From Candidatus Shapirobacteria bacterium CG_4_10_14_0_8_um_filter_39_15 (GTDB lineage Bacteria > Patescibacteriota > Microgenomatia > UM-FILTER-39-15): a stretch of DNA of 64,000 nucleotides. The stretch lies in contig PFLE01000013.1 of assembly GCA_002784465.1 (NCBI GenBank), positions 10,972 to 74,971 of the forward strand, in the 5' to 3' direction. Below are positions 28,933 to 37,445 of this stretch, one piece after another (position 1 is the first letter of the stretch; each line of letters opens with the position of its first letter). Position numbers and translations under genes: made by a program. Under the pieces are notes generated by a model. It was not told the DNA's origin. It saw only the letters and a program-made list of their open reading frames with translations, and searched no databases.

Positions 28933-29353
28933 ATTTATCTACCAAAAAATTGCTTTAATCCGCCAAGATCTGGAATTTTTGGACAAAATGGCAAATTTGA
29001 GTTTTGAGGAAGTGGCTAAGGACTTCTATAAATACAATACCGTTCAAATGTTATTAATGAAAATCATTGGTCGAGCCATTGATATTAACGAACACCTTAT
29101 TGACGAATTGGCCAACGCAGAAACGAAATCGCCTGGGACTTATCGGGAAACTTTTTTACAACTGGCAGACTTGAAAATTTTACCGGCTGATTTTGCTTCT
29201 GAAATTGCCAAAAGCGCCGGATTCCGAAATGCAATTGTTCATGAATATGACAAATTAGACGATTTTATTATTTATAAAACAATCGGCGAGGCGGTAGTCC
29301 AATATACTAAATATTGCCATTATGTTTTAGATCTTATCTCCAGAAAGTCTTAA
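28919..29353 (+). CDS. HEPN-domain protein (HepT/DUF86-like toxin)
   Basis: R-x4-H-x-Y motif FRNAIVHEY near the C-terminus; overlapping pair with the preceding MNT. Confidence 0.75.
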   Translation: MLNTEFIYQKIALIRQDLEFLDKMANLSFEEVAKDFYKYNTVQMLLMKIIGRAIDINEHLIDELANAETKSPGTYRETFLQLADLKILPADFASEIAKSAGFRNAIVHEYDKLDDFIIYKTIGEAVVQYTKYCHYVLDLISRKS

Positions 29354-29425
29354 TTTTTCCAACCATCTTTAACTCTCGTCTTGTAGACAGGACAAGAATA
29401 TGATAAAATTGTTCCAAATGCAATT

Positions 29426-30703
29426 TTGAGGACTCTTTTATACGAATGGAAGGAAAGAAAATTACCCTTGGCCATAGAGCGCGATATTCATTTGGATATT
29501 TCCCGGCCGCCGGAAATTAAGAACGCCATGGTGATAACCGGTTTTCGGCGCGTAGGAAAGACCTATCTGCTTTATGAGACGATAGAAAAACTTTTAGAAA
29601 CTTATCCTCGTGAACAAGTGGTTTATCTTAATTTTGAGGATGAGCGGATAATCTCGCCCGCCACCGACCTTTTGACTGATCTCCTGCCGGAAATACAAGC
29701 GGTTTATGGTCAAAAACCTAAGTATTTATTTTTAGACGAACTGCAATTGATTCCCAATTGGTCAAAATGGGTACGCCGGATTCTTGATACGGAAACAGTC
29801 CAGATATTTATTACCGGTTCCTCCTCAAAAATGAGCAGTGCGGAATTACCGACTGAACTTCGAGGTCGGGCTTGGGAAACAAAAGTCGAGCCCCTTACTT
29901 TCAAAGAATTTTTGCGCTTTAAAAAAACTGCGATTGATAAGGAAAAGTTGACTTATGTAAAAGAAGAAGCGGCCCGTTTTTGTTTTCTTTTTGAGGAATA
30001 CATAACTTTTGGGGCATTGCCGGCCGTAGTCCTGACTCAATCCGAAAAAAAACAAGAGCTTTTACAGTCTTATTTTCAAACCGTGGTGCAAAGAGATATT
30101 GCCGAAAGATACAAAATAGACAACGACGTCGCCTTAAGAACCCTTTTGAAATTACTTCTTAATTCCAGTTATATCACCATATCCAAACTCACCAAGAACA
30201 TAAAAAGTCTGGGGATTCCCATTGGTAAATCAACCATTGACAGCTATCTCTCGTATATTGAAACCTCATATTTCCTAAATGAACTATATATTCATAATCC
30301 GGCGGTTATAAACCAATTGCAGTATCCGCGAAAGGTTTATTTTGTGGATACTGGGTTTATGACCGCCCTGTCAACAAAGTTTTCCAAAAACATGGGACGG
30401 TTATTTGAAAATGTTGTTTATCATAAACTCGCTCAAAGCAAGGAAACAATGTATTACTATAAAGACAATAAGGGAAATGAAGTTGATTTTGCGATTTTAG
30501 GGGAGGACAAAACGACCGCTTTGTATCAGGTTTGTTTTGATTTGACAGACGAAGAAATTCTCAATCGTGAAGTTAAATCACTTTTAAAAGCGAAAGAAAC
30601 GCTTAAATGCCAAAACCTTAATCTATTGTATCTTGAAAAAACAGAAACTTTTAAATTGCCTAAAGAAATTAAGCTTCTTTCCGCCCCGGAATTTTTCTTA
30701 TAA
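29426..30703 (+). CDS. AAA+ ATPase with C-terminal DUF4143 (COG1373 family), paralog 1
   Basis: Walker A ITGFRRVGKTYLL, Walker B LFLDELQ, restriction-endonuclease-like C-terminal region. Confidence 0.75.
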   Translation: MRTLLYEWKERKLPLAIERDIHLDISRPPEIKNAMVITGFRRVGKTYLLYETIEKLLETYPREQVVYLNFEDERIISPATDLLTDLLPEIQAVYGQKPKYLFLDELQLIPNWSKWVRRILDTETVQIFITGSSSKMSSAELPTELRGRAWETKVEPLTFKEFLRFKKTAIDKEKLTYVKEEAARFCFLFEEYITFGALPAVVLTQSEKKQELLQSYFQTVVQRDIAERYKIDNDVALRTLLKLLLNSSYITISKLTKNIKSLGIPIGKSTIDSYLSYIETSYFLNELYIHNPAVINQLQYPRKVYFVDTGFMTALSTKFSKNMGRLFENVVYHKLAQSKETMYYYKDNKGNEVDFAILGEDKTTALYQVCFDLTDEEILNREVKSLLKAKETLKCQNLNLLYLEKTETFKLPKEIKLLSAPEFFL

Positions 30704-30714
30704 ACTCAGTATAT

Positions 30715-30776
30715 TAAGTATTGTGGGTATATTTTGGATTTCATCTCAAAAAAGAATTAATTTTTCTTTACTACCA
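30715..30776. repeat. Conserved ~55-bp 3' element, copy 1 (also at 32060-32111)
   Basis: agtattgtgggtatattttggatttcatctcaaaaaagaattaatttttc versus aatattgcgggtatgttttagatttcatctcaaaaaagaattaatttttc. Confidence 0.6.
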
Positions 30777-30844
30777 GGCGAGCTTGGTAATTAGATAAAA
30801 AGGACTTGACAAATACAAATTATCAGATATAATGGATTTAGTAA

Positions 30845-32059
30845 ATGACAATTATCCGAGATTTAACCCTAAAGATAAATCATTACCTTCGATCGGAAGA
30901 GATTATTCTTATTATTGGAGCTAGACAATCGGGAAAAACGACGGTTCTTCATCAGTTGGAAGGATTCTTGCGTGAAGCAAAAGAGGTTTCCTTTTTTTTG
31001 AATCTAGAGGATTCAGAATATCTAACACTTTTGAACCAATCGCCAAAAAATATTTTTCAAATTTTTCCATTTGATCTAACCCAAAAAAACTTTCTTTTTG
31101 TTGACGAAATTCAATATTTGGATAATCCCTCAAACTTTTTAAAGTATTTATACGATGAATATGCGGGGAAAATTAAGATTATTGCTTCTGGTTCTTCGGC
31201 TTTTTATTTGGATAAAAAATTTAAAGAATCTTTGGCCGGGAGAAAAAGAATTTTTCAGTTATACACGCTTTCGTTTAAAGAATTTTTAAGATTTAAAGAC
31301 GAAACTCCGCTGGCCGAGAAGGATTTTATCGGATTAACTCTTTCGGAAAAGGAAAAAATAAGCCTTTACTATCAAGAATATGTGGTTTATGGAGGATATC
31401 CTAAGGTTGTTTTAGCGCCAAAAGAGGAAAAAGAAAATTTATTAAGTGATTTGGCCTACTCCTATATTAAGAAAGATATTTTCGAGTCGGGAATTAGGCA
31501 AGATGAAGTATTTTACCGGCTTTTTAAAATTTTAGCCTCGCAGACCGGAAACTTGGTCAATACCGCAGAATTAGCGGCAACCTTAGGAGTTTCTAAAACC
31601 GCGATTGATAATTATCTTTACACGATGCAAAAATCTTTTCATTTAGCTTTAATCCGGCCGTTTTTCCAAAACATCCGCAAGGAATTAACCAAAATGCCCA
31701 AAGTTTATTTTTTGGATTTGGGATTAAGAAACTTTTTTTGCAGCAATTTTAACCTTTTTGAAACACGGGATGATAAAGGACCGCTTTTGGAAAATGCCGT
31801 TTTTCGGCAGCTATTGGAAAAATATCCTTTGGAAGAGATTAAGTTTTGGCGGACAACGGCGAAACAAGAGGTTGATTTTATCGCTGGCGAAAACTCCGCT
31901 TTTGAGGTTAAATCGCAGGCAAAAAATGTCAGGCGGAAAGACTATCAAACCTTTTTAGAAAATTATCCAAAAATTAAGCTTTCCCTGGCTGTTTTTCAGG
32001 AAACAGAAAAAAAATCTAGCCCATTTCCCGTATATGAGGTTTGGCAGCTGCCAATTTAG
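30845..32059 (+). CDS. AAA+ ATPase with DUF4143 (COG1373 family), paralog 2
   Basis: IIGARQSGKTTVL, FLFVDEIQ; same architecture as paralogs 1 and 3; TTGACA-17-TATAAT promoter at 30808-30836. Confidence 0.75.
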   Translation: MTIIRDLTLKINHYLRSEEIILIIGARQSGKTTVLHQLEGFLREAKEVSFFLNLEDSEYLTLLNQSPKNIFQIFPFDLTQKNFLFVDEIQYLDNPSNFLKYLYDEYAGKIKIIASGSSAFYLDKKFKESLAGRKRIFQLYTLSFKEFLRFKDETPLAEKDFIGLTLSEKEKISLYYQEYVVYGGYPKVVLAPKEEKENLLSDLAYSYIKKDIFESGIRQDEVFYRLFKILASQTGNLVNTAELAATLGVSKTAIDNYLYTMQKSFHLALIRPFFQNIRKELTKMPKVYFLDLGLRNFFCSNFNLFETRDDKGPLLENAVFRQLLEKYPLEEIKFWRTTAKQEVDFIAGENSAFEVKSQAKNVRRKDYQTFLENYPKIKLSLAVFQETEKKSSPFPVYEVWQLPI

Positions 32060-32111
32060 TAAATATTGCGGGTATGTTTTAGATTTCATCTCAAAAAAGA
32101 ATTAATTTTTC
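32060..32111. repeat. Conserved 3' element, copy 2
   Basis: See copy 1; 30-bp core gatttcatctcaaaaaagaattaatttttc is identical. Confidence 0.6.
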
Positions 32112-32156
32112 CTCTTCCCTATTTGAATCTTGCAAAAAATGATATAATTCAAATAT

Positions 32157-33929
32157 ATGCCAGATCCAGAACGAAGACTGCCTATTCCTCCGCCCGAGGC
32201 CAGCCAGGAGCCAAGATACGTTCCTCCCGAAATGATGGGAAGTTATTATTATCCAATACAGGATAAGGATTTGGCGGTTGAGATTGTTAAGGCTAACAAC
32301 GAAACCCTTCCTGAAGTAATATCGAATGCGATTTCCTATAGCGAGGGATTAATTTTAGGACGGGAAGTAGATTTAACCGATGATAATGAAGTTCTGTTTT
32401 ATATGGGTTTATTCTTAACCGGCGAGGGTGCGTTAAAAGTTCCGCTATTTTCTTATGCCAATCAGGCTTTGGAAATTAGAACGAGTGGTCGAGTAAGAGA
32501 GATAAGAAGCGAGGCTAGAACAACGCGCAGACCGTTGACAGAGGAAGAAAAGAAAGAGAAAACACTTTTAATTGGGATGGAGAATTGGAACAATGCTCGT
32601 CAAACGGCTCATCAGGCTTTTTTGGAGAGAGTGATAACTTGTGCCTCCGAAGAGGCAGCTGCGGATTTGGCTTTGAATACTCCGGCTCAAAAAGCCCCGA
32701 CAACACCGGACAAAACCGTTTGGCAAAATCTTTTTGGCCAACCGACGAAAGAAGGAGAAGCAACTCCTCAAAGTGAGTTTGGTAATTACGTGGATCTCAC
32801 CATGAGAGGGTTGGTGGCAATAGGAATTCCTCCTAGGGGCACACCCGAGTTTGATCGCTTACACCCTGACTTTAAGAACTTCAATTTTAGAGAAGTTTTG
32901 CCGCCAGCGGATAGAAATATACTTCCATGTACGATCTATACGACGGGTTTTGATAGCGAAAGTTTTAAAGCCTTGCTTAATTATGCGTTGCATATTTCCG
33001 ATGGAAGAATGGATGTTGTTTGGGAAGCGTGGAAATTATTTGAGACATGGGAAATGACAACAAATTTCGGATATATGAAAGATTTTGGGCAGAAGAAAGA
33101 TACCCCTAAATATATACACGGAGATCATAAATTAGGAGGCGCCCCGATAATGAGTGCGCTTTATGCCTGGATAGATCATCTTCCGGAAAAAAGGGCTTTT
33201 GAATATGGATATTGGGCCGATGGTACTTTAAATCCGGAATCGCCTCACAAACTTTCCCATAGCGGACACCCCTTAAGTATTTCTAAAATTCCATCGCTTT
33301 GCGGAGATTTTCTTAAAGAAACGAAGGTTGATGCGCCCGGCGGAGGAAAAAAGTCACTTCGGGAAATTTGGGCAGGGGGAATGTCTTTTGCTGATCGCGA
33401 ATTTCCCTGGACGCATTTAGAACAAGCAACACAAGATATGTCGCGGCTTGAGGAACAGGATTTTGGATCTTACAGCAGTTGGTTATTTAGGCGAAGAAGA
33501 GCTTTCAATATGGTTAAGGATATTAGAGAATTACCCTTCAAAGGTTTAAATGATTATGGAAAAGCAGACTTCTTTTCTTCGAGAATCAGAAACTGGAGGA
33601 ATACTTTGTATTTGCCGAAAGCGGATCAATATACACCAGATCAAAATCCGATGGTTTGGTTAATGGCAGACATCATTTTTAATCATCATCCGGAAACTAA
33701 CAATCATATTCCTTGGGCGCAAAAAAACCCGGATTTAGCTCTAAGAACCAGCCTTGATCCAAAAGAACGGTTTTCTTTTAATCCTATAAACGATCCCGAC
33801 GCAAAAAAACTATCTGCTTGGGAATTTTTAAGAGCTGGTTATGATTCAACCTGGATAACAAAGAAAGATGCTGAGTGGATTCGGGATTATCTTAAGATTC
33901 CTACCGCGGTGGGACAAAGAGGTCTTTAG
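32157..33929 (+). CDS. Hypothetical 590-aa cytoplasmic protein; W/Y/H-rich; no recognisable domain; locally higher GC
   Basis: Long uninterrupted ORF, no TM or signal peptide. First 150 nt about 47% GC versus about 37% background. Confidence 0.5.
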   Translation: MPDPERRLPIPPPEASQEPRYVPPEMMGSYYYPIQDKDLAVEIVKANNETLPEVISNAISYSEGLILGREVDLTDDNEVLFYMGLFLTGEGALKVPLFSYANQALEIRTSGRVREIRSEARTTRRPLTEEEKKEKTLLIGMENWNNARQTAHQAFLERVITCASEEAAADLALNTPAQKAPTTPDKTVWQNLFGQPTKEGEATPQSEFGNYVDLTMRGLVAIGIPPRGTPEFDRLHPDFKNFNFREVLPPADRNILPCTIYTTGFDSESFKALLNYALHISDGRMDVVWEAWKLFETWEMTTNFGYMKDFGQKKDTPKYIHGDHKLGGAPIMSALYAWIDHLPEKRAFEYGYWADGTLNPESPHKLSHSGHPLSISKIPSLCGDFLKETKVDAPGGGKKSLREIWAGGMSFADREFPWTHLEQATQDMSRLEEQDFGSYSSWLFRRRRAFNMVKDIRELPFKGLNDYGKADFFSSRIRNWRNTLYLPKADQYTPDQNPMVWLMADIIFNHHPETNNHIPWAQKNPDLALRTSLDPKERFSFNPINDPDAKKLSAWEFLRAGYDSTWITKKDAEWIRDYLKIPTAVGQRGL

Positions 33930-33931
33930 TT

Positions 33932-35515
33932 TCATCTTCCCGATAGAATCTTCTTGGTCGCAGCTTCTTTAGTATTCCAAGTAAGGCCTTGCCATTCTGT
34001 AGGTATTACAGGGCTTTTTCCTGTTGTTAAGTTGCGATAGCCTGCTTCAATTCCTCCGGCGGCCCCCATTCTTCCTGCAGCCATTGGAACACCCATTGCT
34101 GCTTCCCCTATTCCTAGTCTATCTCCAAACGATTTCCCAGCCAAAACATTTTTAATCATATCGGCAACATGAGGCGTCATGAGCATCAATCCTAAGGCAA
34201 CAAAGATCATTAAAAAGAAAAAGCTGACTCTGGCTGGGATACTCGCTTGTACGACTTGTTGAACTTCGGCTAAGGTTGATGGTGAGGCACCGGGAATAGA
34301 AACAATTCCTATTCCTGCGAAAGCTCCTTCGAGTAATGGCATTTCATGGAGGGATTCCCTAACCAGAAAATTGGCGATCAAGAGCATTGTTAAAACGACT
34401 GGTAGAACCGCGAGGTTGCTCAAAATATTTTTAAACCAAGCACCGGTTGAGCTGGAAGCAGGAAGGGCGCCAAAAGCAAGAAGAAATGGAGCGAAAATAA
34501 TTGCCAAAACAACATTTACATAAGCCTTAAGCAACGTCCACAAAAGACGAAAAAGGGCGATGATGAAAACGATAGCAAAAATGATCAAAAGAATTAATGC
34601 GCCGACGACTGCGCCGGTAGCCATTCCCGCCGGTCCTCCAAATGGAATACCGGCAACTCCTCCAACAATCATGCCAAGAATAATAAGGAAGACAGCACCG
34701 ATTTCAAACGGTGCCATTGCGGATTGAATAATTAAGCTAGCATTATCAACAACAGAGGTAACCGGGGTCCCGGAGACAAAACTGAAATAATCAGGCCGAA
34801 GTTGATGAAAAACACCCAAAAGAAGATTATTAATAATCCACATAAGGTCGACTAAAAAGCCAGCGATAGCATAGGAAAAAGTGACCAGAATTAAGCCAAT
34901 AATAATTTTTGGGAGGGCTGCCTCGAGGGTAATTATTGTGCGCGGATCCACTTTAAATCGAAACATGATGGCAAAACCGGTAATCACAAAAACCAAAACA
35001 AAAAGAAGGTAAGACATGTCTCGAAAAGCTTTCCAGAGAGGCAAAACCGTTTCCATACTTGTAAATCCAATGCCATTATCTTGTGCATAAGCCGGTTTAG
35101 CGATGCCGACCTTTGAACCAAGATCAGCTAAATAAGTCAATCCCGAAGCGGGAGGTGCTTGGTAAACTAAACCAATAAGAGAAGCGAGGGTTGGAACAAG
35201 TCCGCCATTATCTGTTCCCGGACTTGGGGTACCGCCGCTGGAAACAGTACTCAATTTTGGCATTCCTGCCTGATCCGCAAAAGAAAACATAATGGCTTTA
35301 ATGGTTTCGCGAACAAAACTTTGCAAATTCATATCCGGGGATTCTATTGCTTGCTGATATAAAAGAGGATATGAGGCTTCGGGTGTAGAAAATGCCAGAA
35401 CAGGTTTGGAAACGGCAAGAGAACCTGCAATTAAGAGAAAACCTAAGACAAATATGCGGAATTTGGTGTTCATAATGAATAAATTAAATCTAACATCATT
35501 ATTTTTTATTTTCAA
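33932..35515 (-). CDS. Polytopic membrane protein, VirB6/TrbL-like candidate (T4SS inner-membrane channel)
   Basis: Signal peptide (FLLIAGSLAVSKPVLAF), about 200-aa periplasmic N-domain, then about 6-7 TM helices rich in G/A/I (IPFGGPAGMATGAVVGALILLIIFAIVFII). Next to the pilin operon. Confidence 0.45.
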   Translation of the reverse strand: MKIKNNDVRFNLFIMNTKFRIFVLGFLLIAGSLAVSKPVLAFSTPEASYPLLYQQAIESPDMNLQSFVRETIKAIMFSFADQAGMPKLSTVSSGGTPSPGTDNGGLVPTLASLIGLVYQAPPASGLTYLADLGSKVGIAKPAYAQDNGIGFTSMETVLPLWKAFRDMSYLLFVLVFVITGFAIMFRFKVDPRTIITLEAALPKIIIGLILVTFSYAIAGFLVDLMWIINNLLLGVFHQLRPDYFSFVSGTPVTSVVDNASLIIQSAMAPFEIGAVFLIILGMIVGGVAGIPFGGPAGMATGAVVGALILLIIFAIVFIIALFRLLWTLLKAYVNVVLAIIFAPFLLAFGALPASSSTGAWFKNILSNLAVLPVVLTMLLIANFLVRESLHEMPLLEGAFAGIGIVSIPGASPSTLAEVQQVVQASIPARVSFFFLMIFVALGLMLMTPHVADMIKNVLAGKSFGDRLGIGEAAMGVPMAAGRMGAAGGIEAGYRNLTTGKSPVIPTEWQGLTWNTKEAATKKILSGR

Positions 35516-35594
35516 GACCCTAAAATTAAACTTGTTCCGAGAAAATTAACAATATTGTTAATTTGTTGGGAAGTATATTATTACCAGCGTCCCC

Positions 35595-35649
35595 TTGACA
35601 AAAACTTATTTTTTAGCTAAAATCTACTGGATGCCGTAAAAATTACGGC
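35595..35649 (+). promoter_or_regulatory. Promoter TTGACA-17-TAAAAT followed by inverted repeat GCCGTAAAATTACGGC, upstream of abiEi (likely autoregulatory operator)
   Basis: ccccttgacaaaaacttattttttagctaaaatctactggatgccgtaaaaattacggc. Confidence 0.45.
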
Positions 35650-35664
35650 TTTTAGTAGCATTAT

Positions 35665-36249
35665 ATGATTAACAACGACTTTATTTTACAACTTTATTAT
35701 CGGCCGGAAACGGTTTTCACTATTAATGAGATTGCCCAACTCTACCCTGACGTTTCTTACGAGAGTGTGCGTGACCGCCTATATTATTTTGCTAAAACCG
35801 GGAAATTGAAACGGCCTCACCAGGGGATTTATGCGAAAAACGACTACCATCCTTTTGAATTGGCCAATAAACTTTATAAACCGTCATATATCAGTTTGGA
35901 AACTGTCCTGGCAAAACAAGGCGTGGTCTTTCAGTCTTACAAAACAATTTTTGTTGTTTCCTATTTGACAAGAACAATAACCATAAACGAGACAGAAATC
36001 CAGTATCGGCAAATTAAAGGAGAAATCTTGACCAATACTGAAGGAATTGATCAGAAAGATGGTTATTTTACGGCTACCCGCGAGCGGGCGTTTTTAGACG
36101 CAATTTATATCTATAAAAATTATCATTTTGACAATTTAGGGGCAATTGATTGGAACGAAGTTGAAGCCCTTAAAAAAATCTATAAAAGCAAAATCTTTGA
36201 AAAAAGAGTTGGGGAGTATTATCAATTATCCAAGGAGGAACATGGTTAA
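35665..36249 (+). CDS. AbiEi-like antitoxin / transcriptional regulator (type IV TA, abortive infection)
   Basis: 194 aa, N-terminal wHTH-like; overlaps the AbiEii start by 8 nt; typical AbiEi-AbiEii gene order. Confidence 0.6.
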   Translation: MINNDFILQLYYRPETVFTINEIAQLYPDVSYESVRDRLYYFAKTGKLKRPHQGIYAKNDYHPFELANKLYKPSYISLETVLAKQGVVFQSYKTIFVVSYLTRTITINETEIQYRQIKGEILTNTEGIDQKDGYFTATRERAFLDAIYIYKNYHFDNLGAIDWNEVEALKKIYKSKIFEKRVGEYYQLSKEEHG

Positions 36250-36946
36250 CATTGATTTGCACCGAACCATTTTTATTAATATTTTACGGGAAATTTATTC
36301 TGATCCAAGTTTAAGAAGTGTTTTGGGTTTTAAGGGCGGAACCGCGGCCTTTTTGTTTTACGGATTGCCCCGTTTTTCCGTTGACTTGGATTTTGATTTA
36401 CTGGATTTGAAGCAAAAAGAAGTCGTTTTTACCCGGTTAAAAGAAATTCTACCCAATTTTGGTACTCTGACAGAGGCGATCGAAAAACGATATACTCTTT
36501 TTTTCCTTCTGAATTACCAAAAAGGAGAAAGAAATTTGAAAGTGGAAATCTCCAAAAGACCGGTTAAGGCGGATTTTACTATTAAAAATTATTTGGGTAT
36601 TTCGATGTTGGTAATGGCGCCGGCTGATATGGCGGCGGGGAAGATTTCCGCCTTGTTGACTCGAAAACGATTTGCCTCTCGAGATGTTTATGATGTTTGG
36701 TTTTATTTAAAAAATAATTGGCCAATTAACGAGAAGTTGTTGCAGGAAAAAACGGGAATGTCGTTGGCTAATGCTCTAAAAAAAGCACAGGAAAAGGTAA
36801 ATGGTCTTAAAAAAACAGAGTTATTGTCTGGTTTGGGTGAACTTTTGGATAATAAACAAAAAATGTGGGTGAGAGAAAAGTTAATTGAAGAAACAATTTA
36901 TTACTTAAAACTATATCAATCACAAATATTAGACTTAAGACATTAG
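36242..36946 (+). CDS. AbiEii/AbiGii-family nucleotidyltransferase toxin (DUF1814)
   Basis: FKGGTAAFLFYGLPRFSVDLDFDLL matches the GGTAL...RFSEDLDF signature of the family. Confidence 0.75.
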   Translation: MVNIDLHRTIFINILREIYSDPSLRSVLGFKGGTAAFLFYGLPRFSVDLDFDLLDLKQKEVVFTRLKEILPNFGTLTEAIEKRYTLFFLLNYQKGERNLKVEISKRPVKADFTIKNYLGISMLVMAPADMAAGKISALLTRKRFASRDVYDVWFYLKNNWPINEKLLQEKTGMSLANALKKAQEKVNGLKKTELLSGLGELLDNKQKMWVREKLIEETIYYLKLYQSQILDLRH

Positions 36947-37014
36947 TTATAAATTTGAATATCGAATATCGAAATCCGAAACAATTTTCAAAATTCAAAA
37001 TTTCAAGTTAAAAT

Positions 37015-37330
37015 TCAAAAGTTTTTGCTTTTAAGTTTGATTACGCCAGCGGCTAACATATTAGCAATTTCCGTAACTTCATTTAGCAATCGTATAATAC
37101 TTTCTTTTTTCTCTACCAAGCCGGAATCTCTTAAAAGGCATAACCAATATTTTGTTTCGTTGGCACTTCTTAAAGCAATCTCGTAAAATTTCTTGAACTC
37201 CAAGCGGGAGCTAGAAGCTCCTCCTTCAATAAGATTTGCTCCGATTGACATTGCCGCCCTTAATAATTAATCAGCAATAACCCAAGCGGCTCGTTTATTA
37301 GGAAGAGTGTCCATTAACGTAATTATAGCG
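37015..37330 (-). pseudogene. Truncated or frameshifted four-helix-bundle (IVS/Avd-like) gene, copy 2
   Basis: The ORF MSIGANLIEGGASSSRLEFKKFYEIALRSANETKYWLCLL covers only the C-terminal half of the family. An upstream out-of-frame remnant (MDTLPNKRAAWVIAD*) resembles the RRAAxSI segment. Confidence 0.5.
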
Positions 37331-37445
37331 AGGCTAAATTGATAACACCGTGTCTTTAAATCACTTTTAAATTTTGAATTGTAATTTTGCATTTTGAATT
37401 TTGCCTTTTGACTTTATGTAATTAAATTTTAAATTTCAAATTGGT

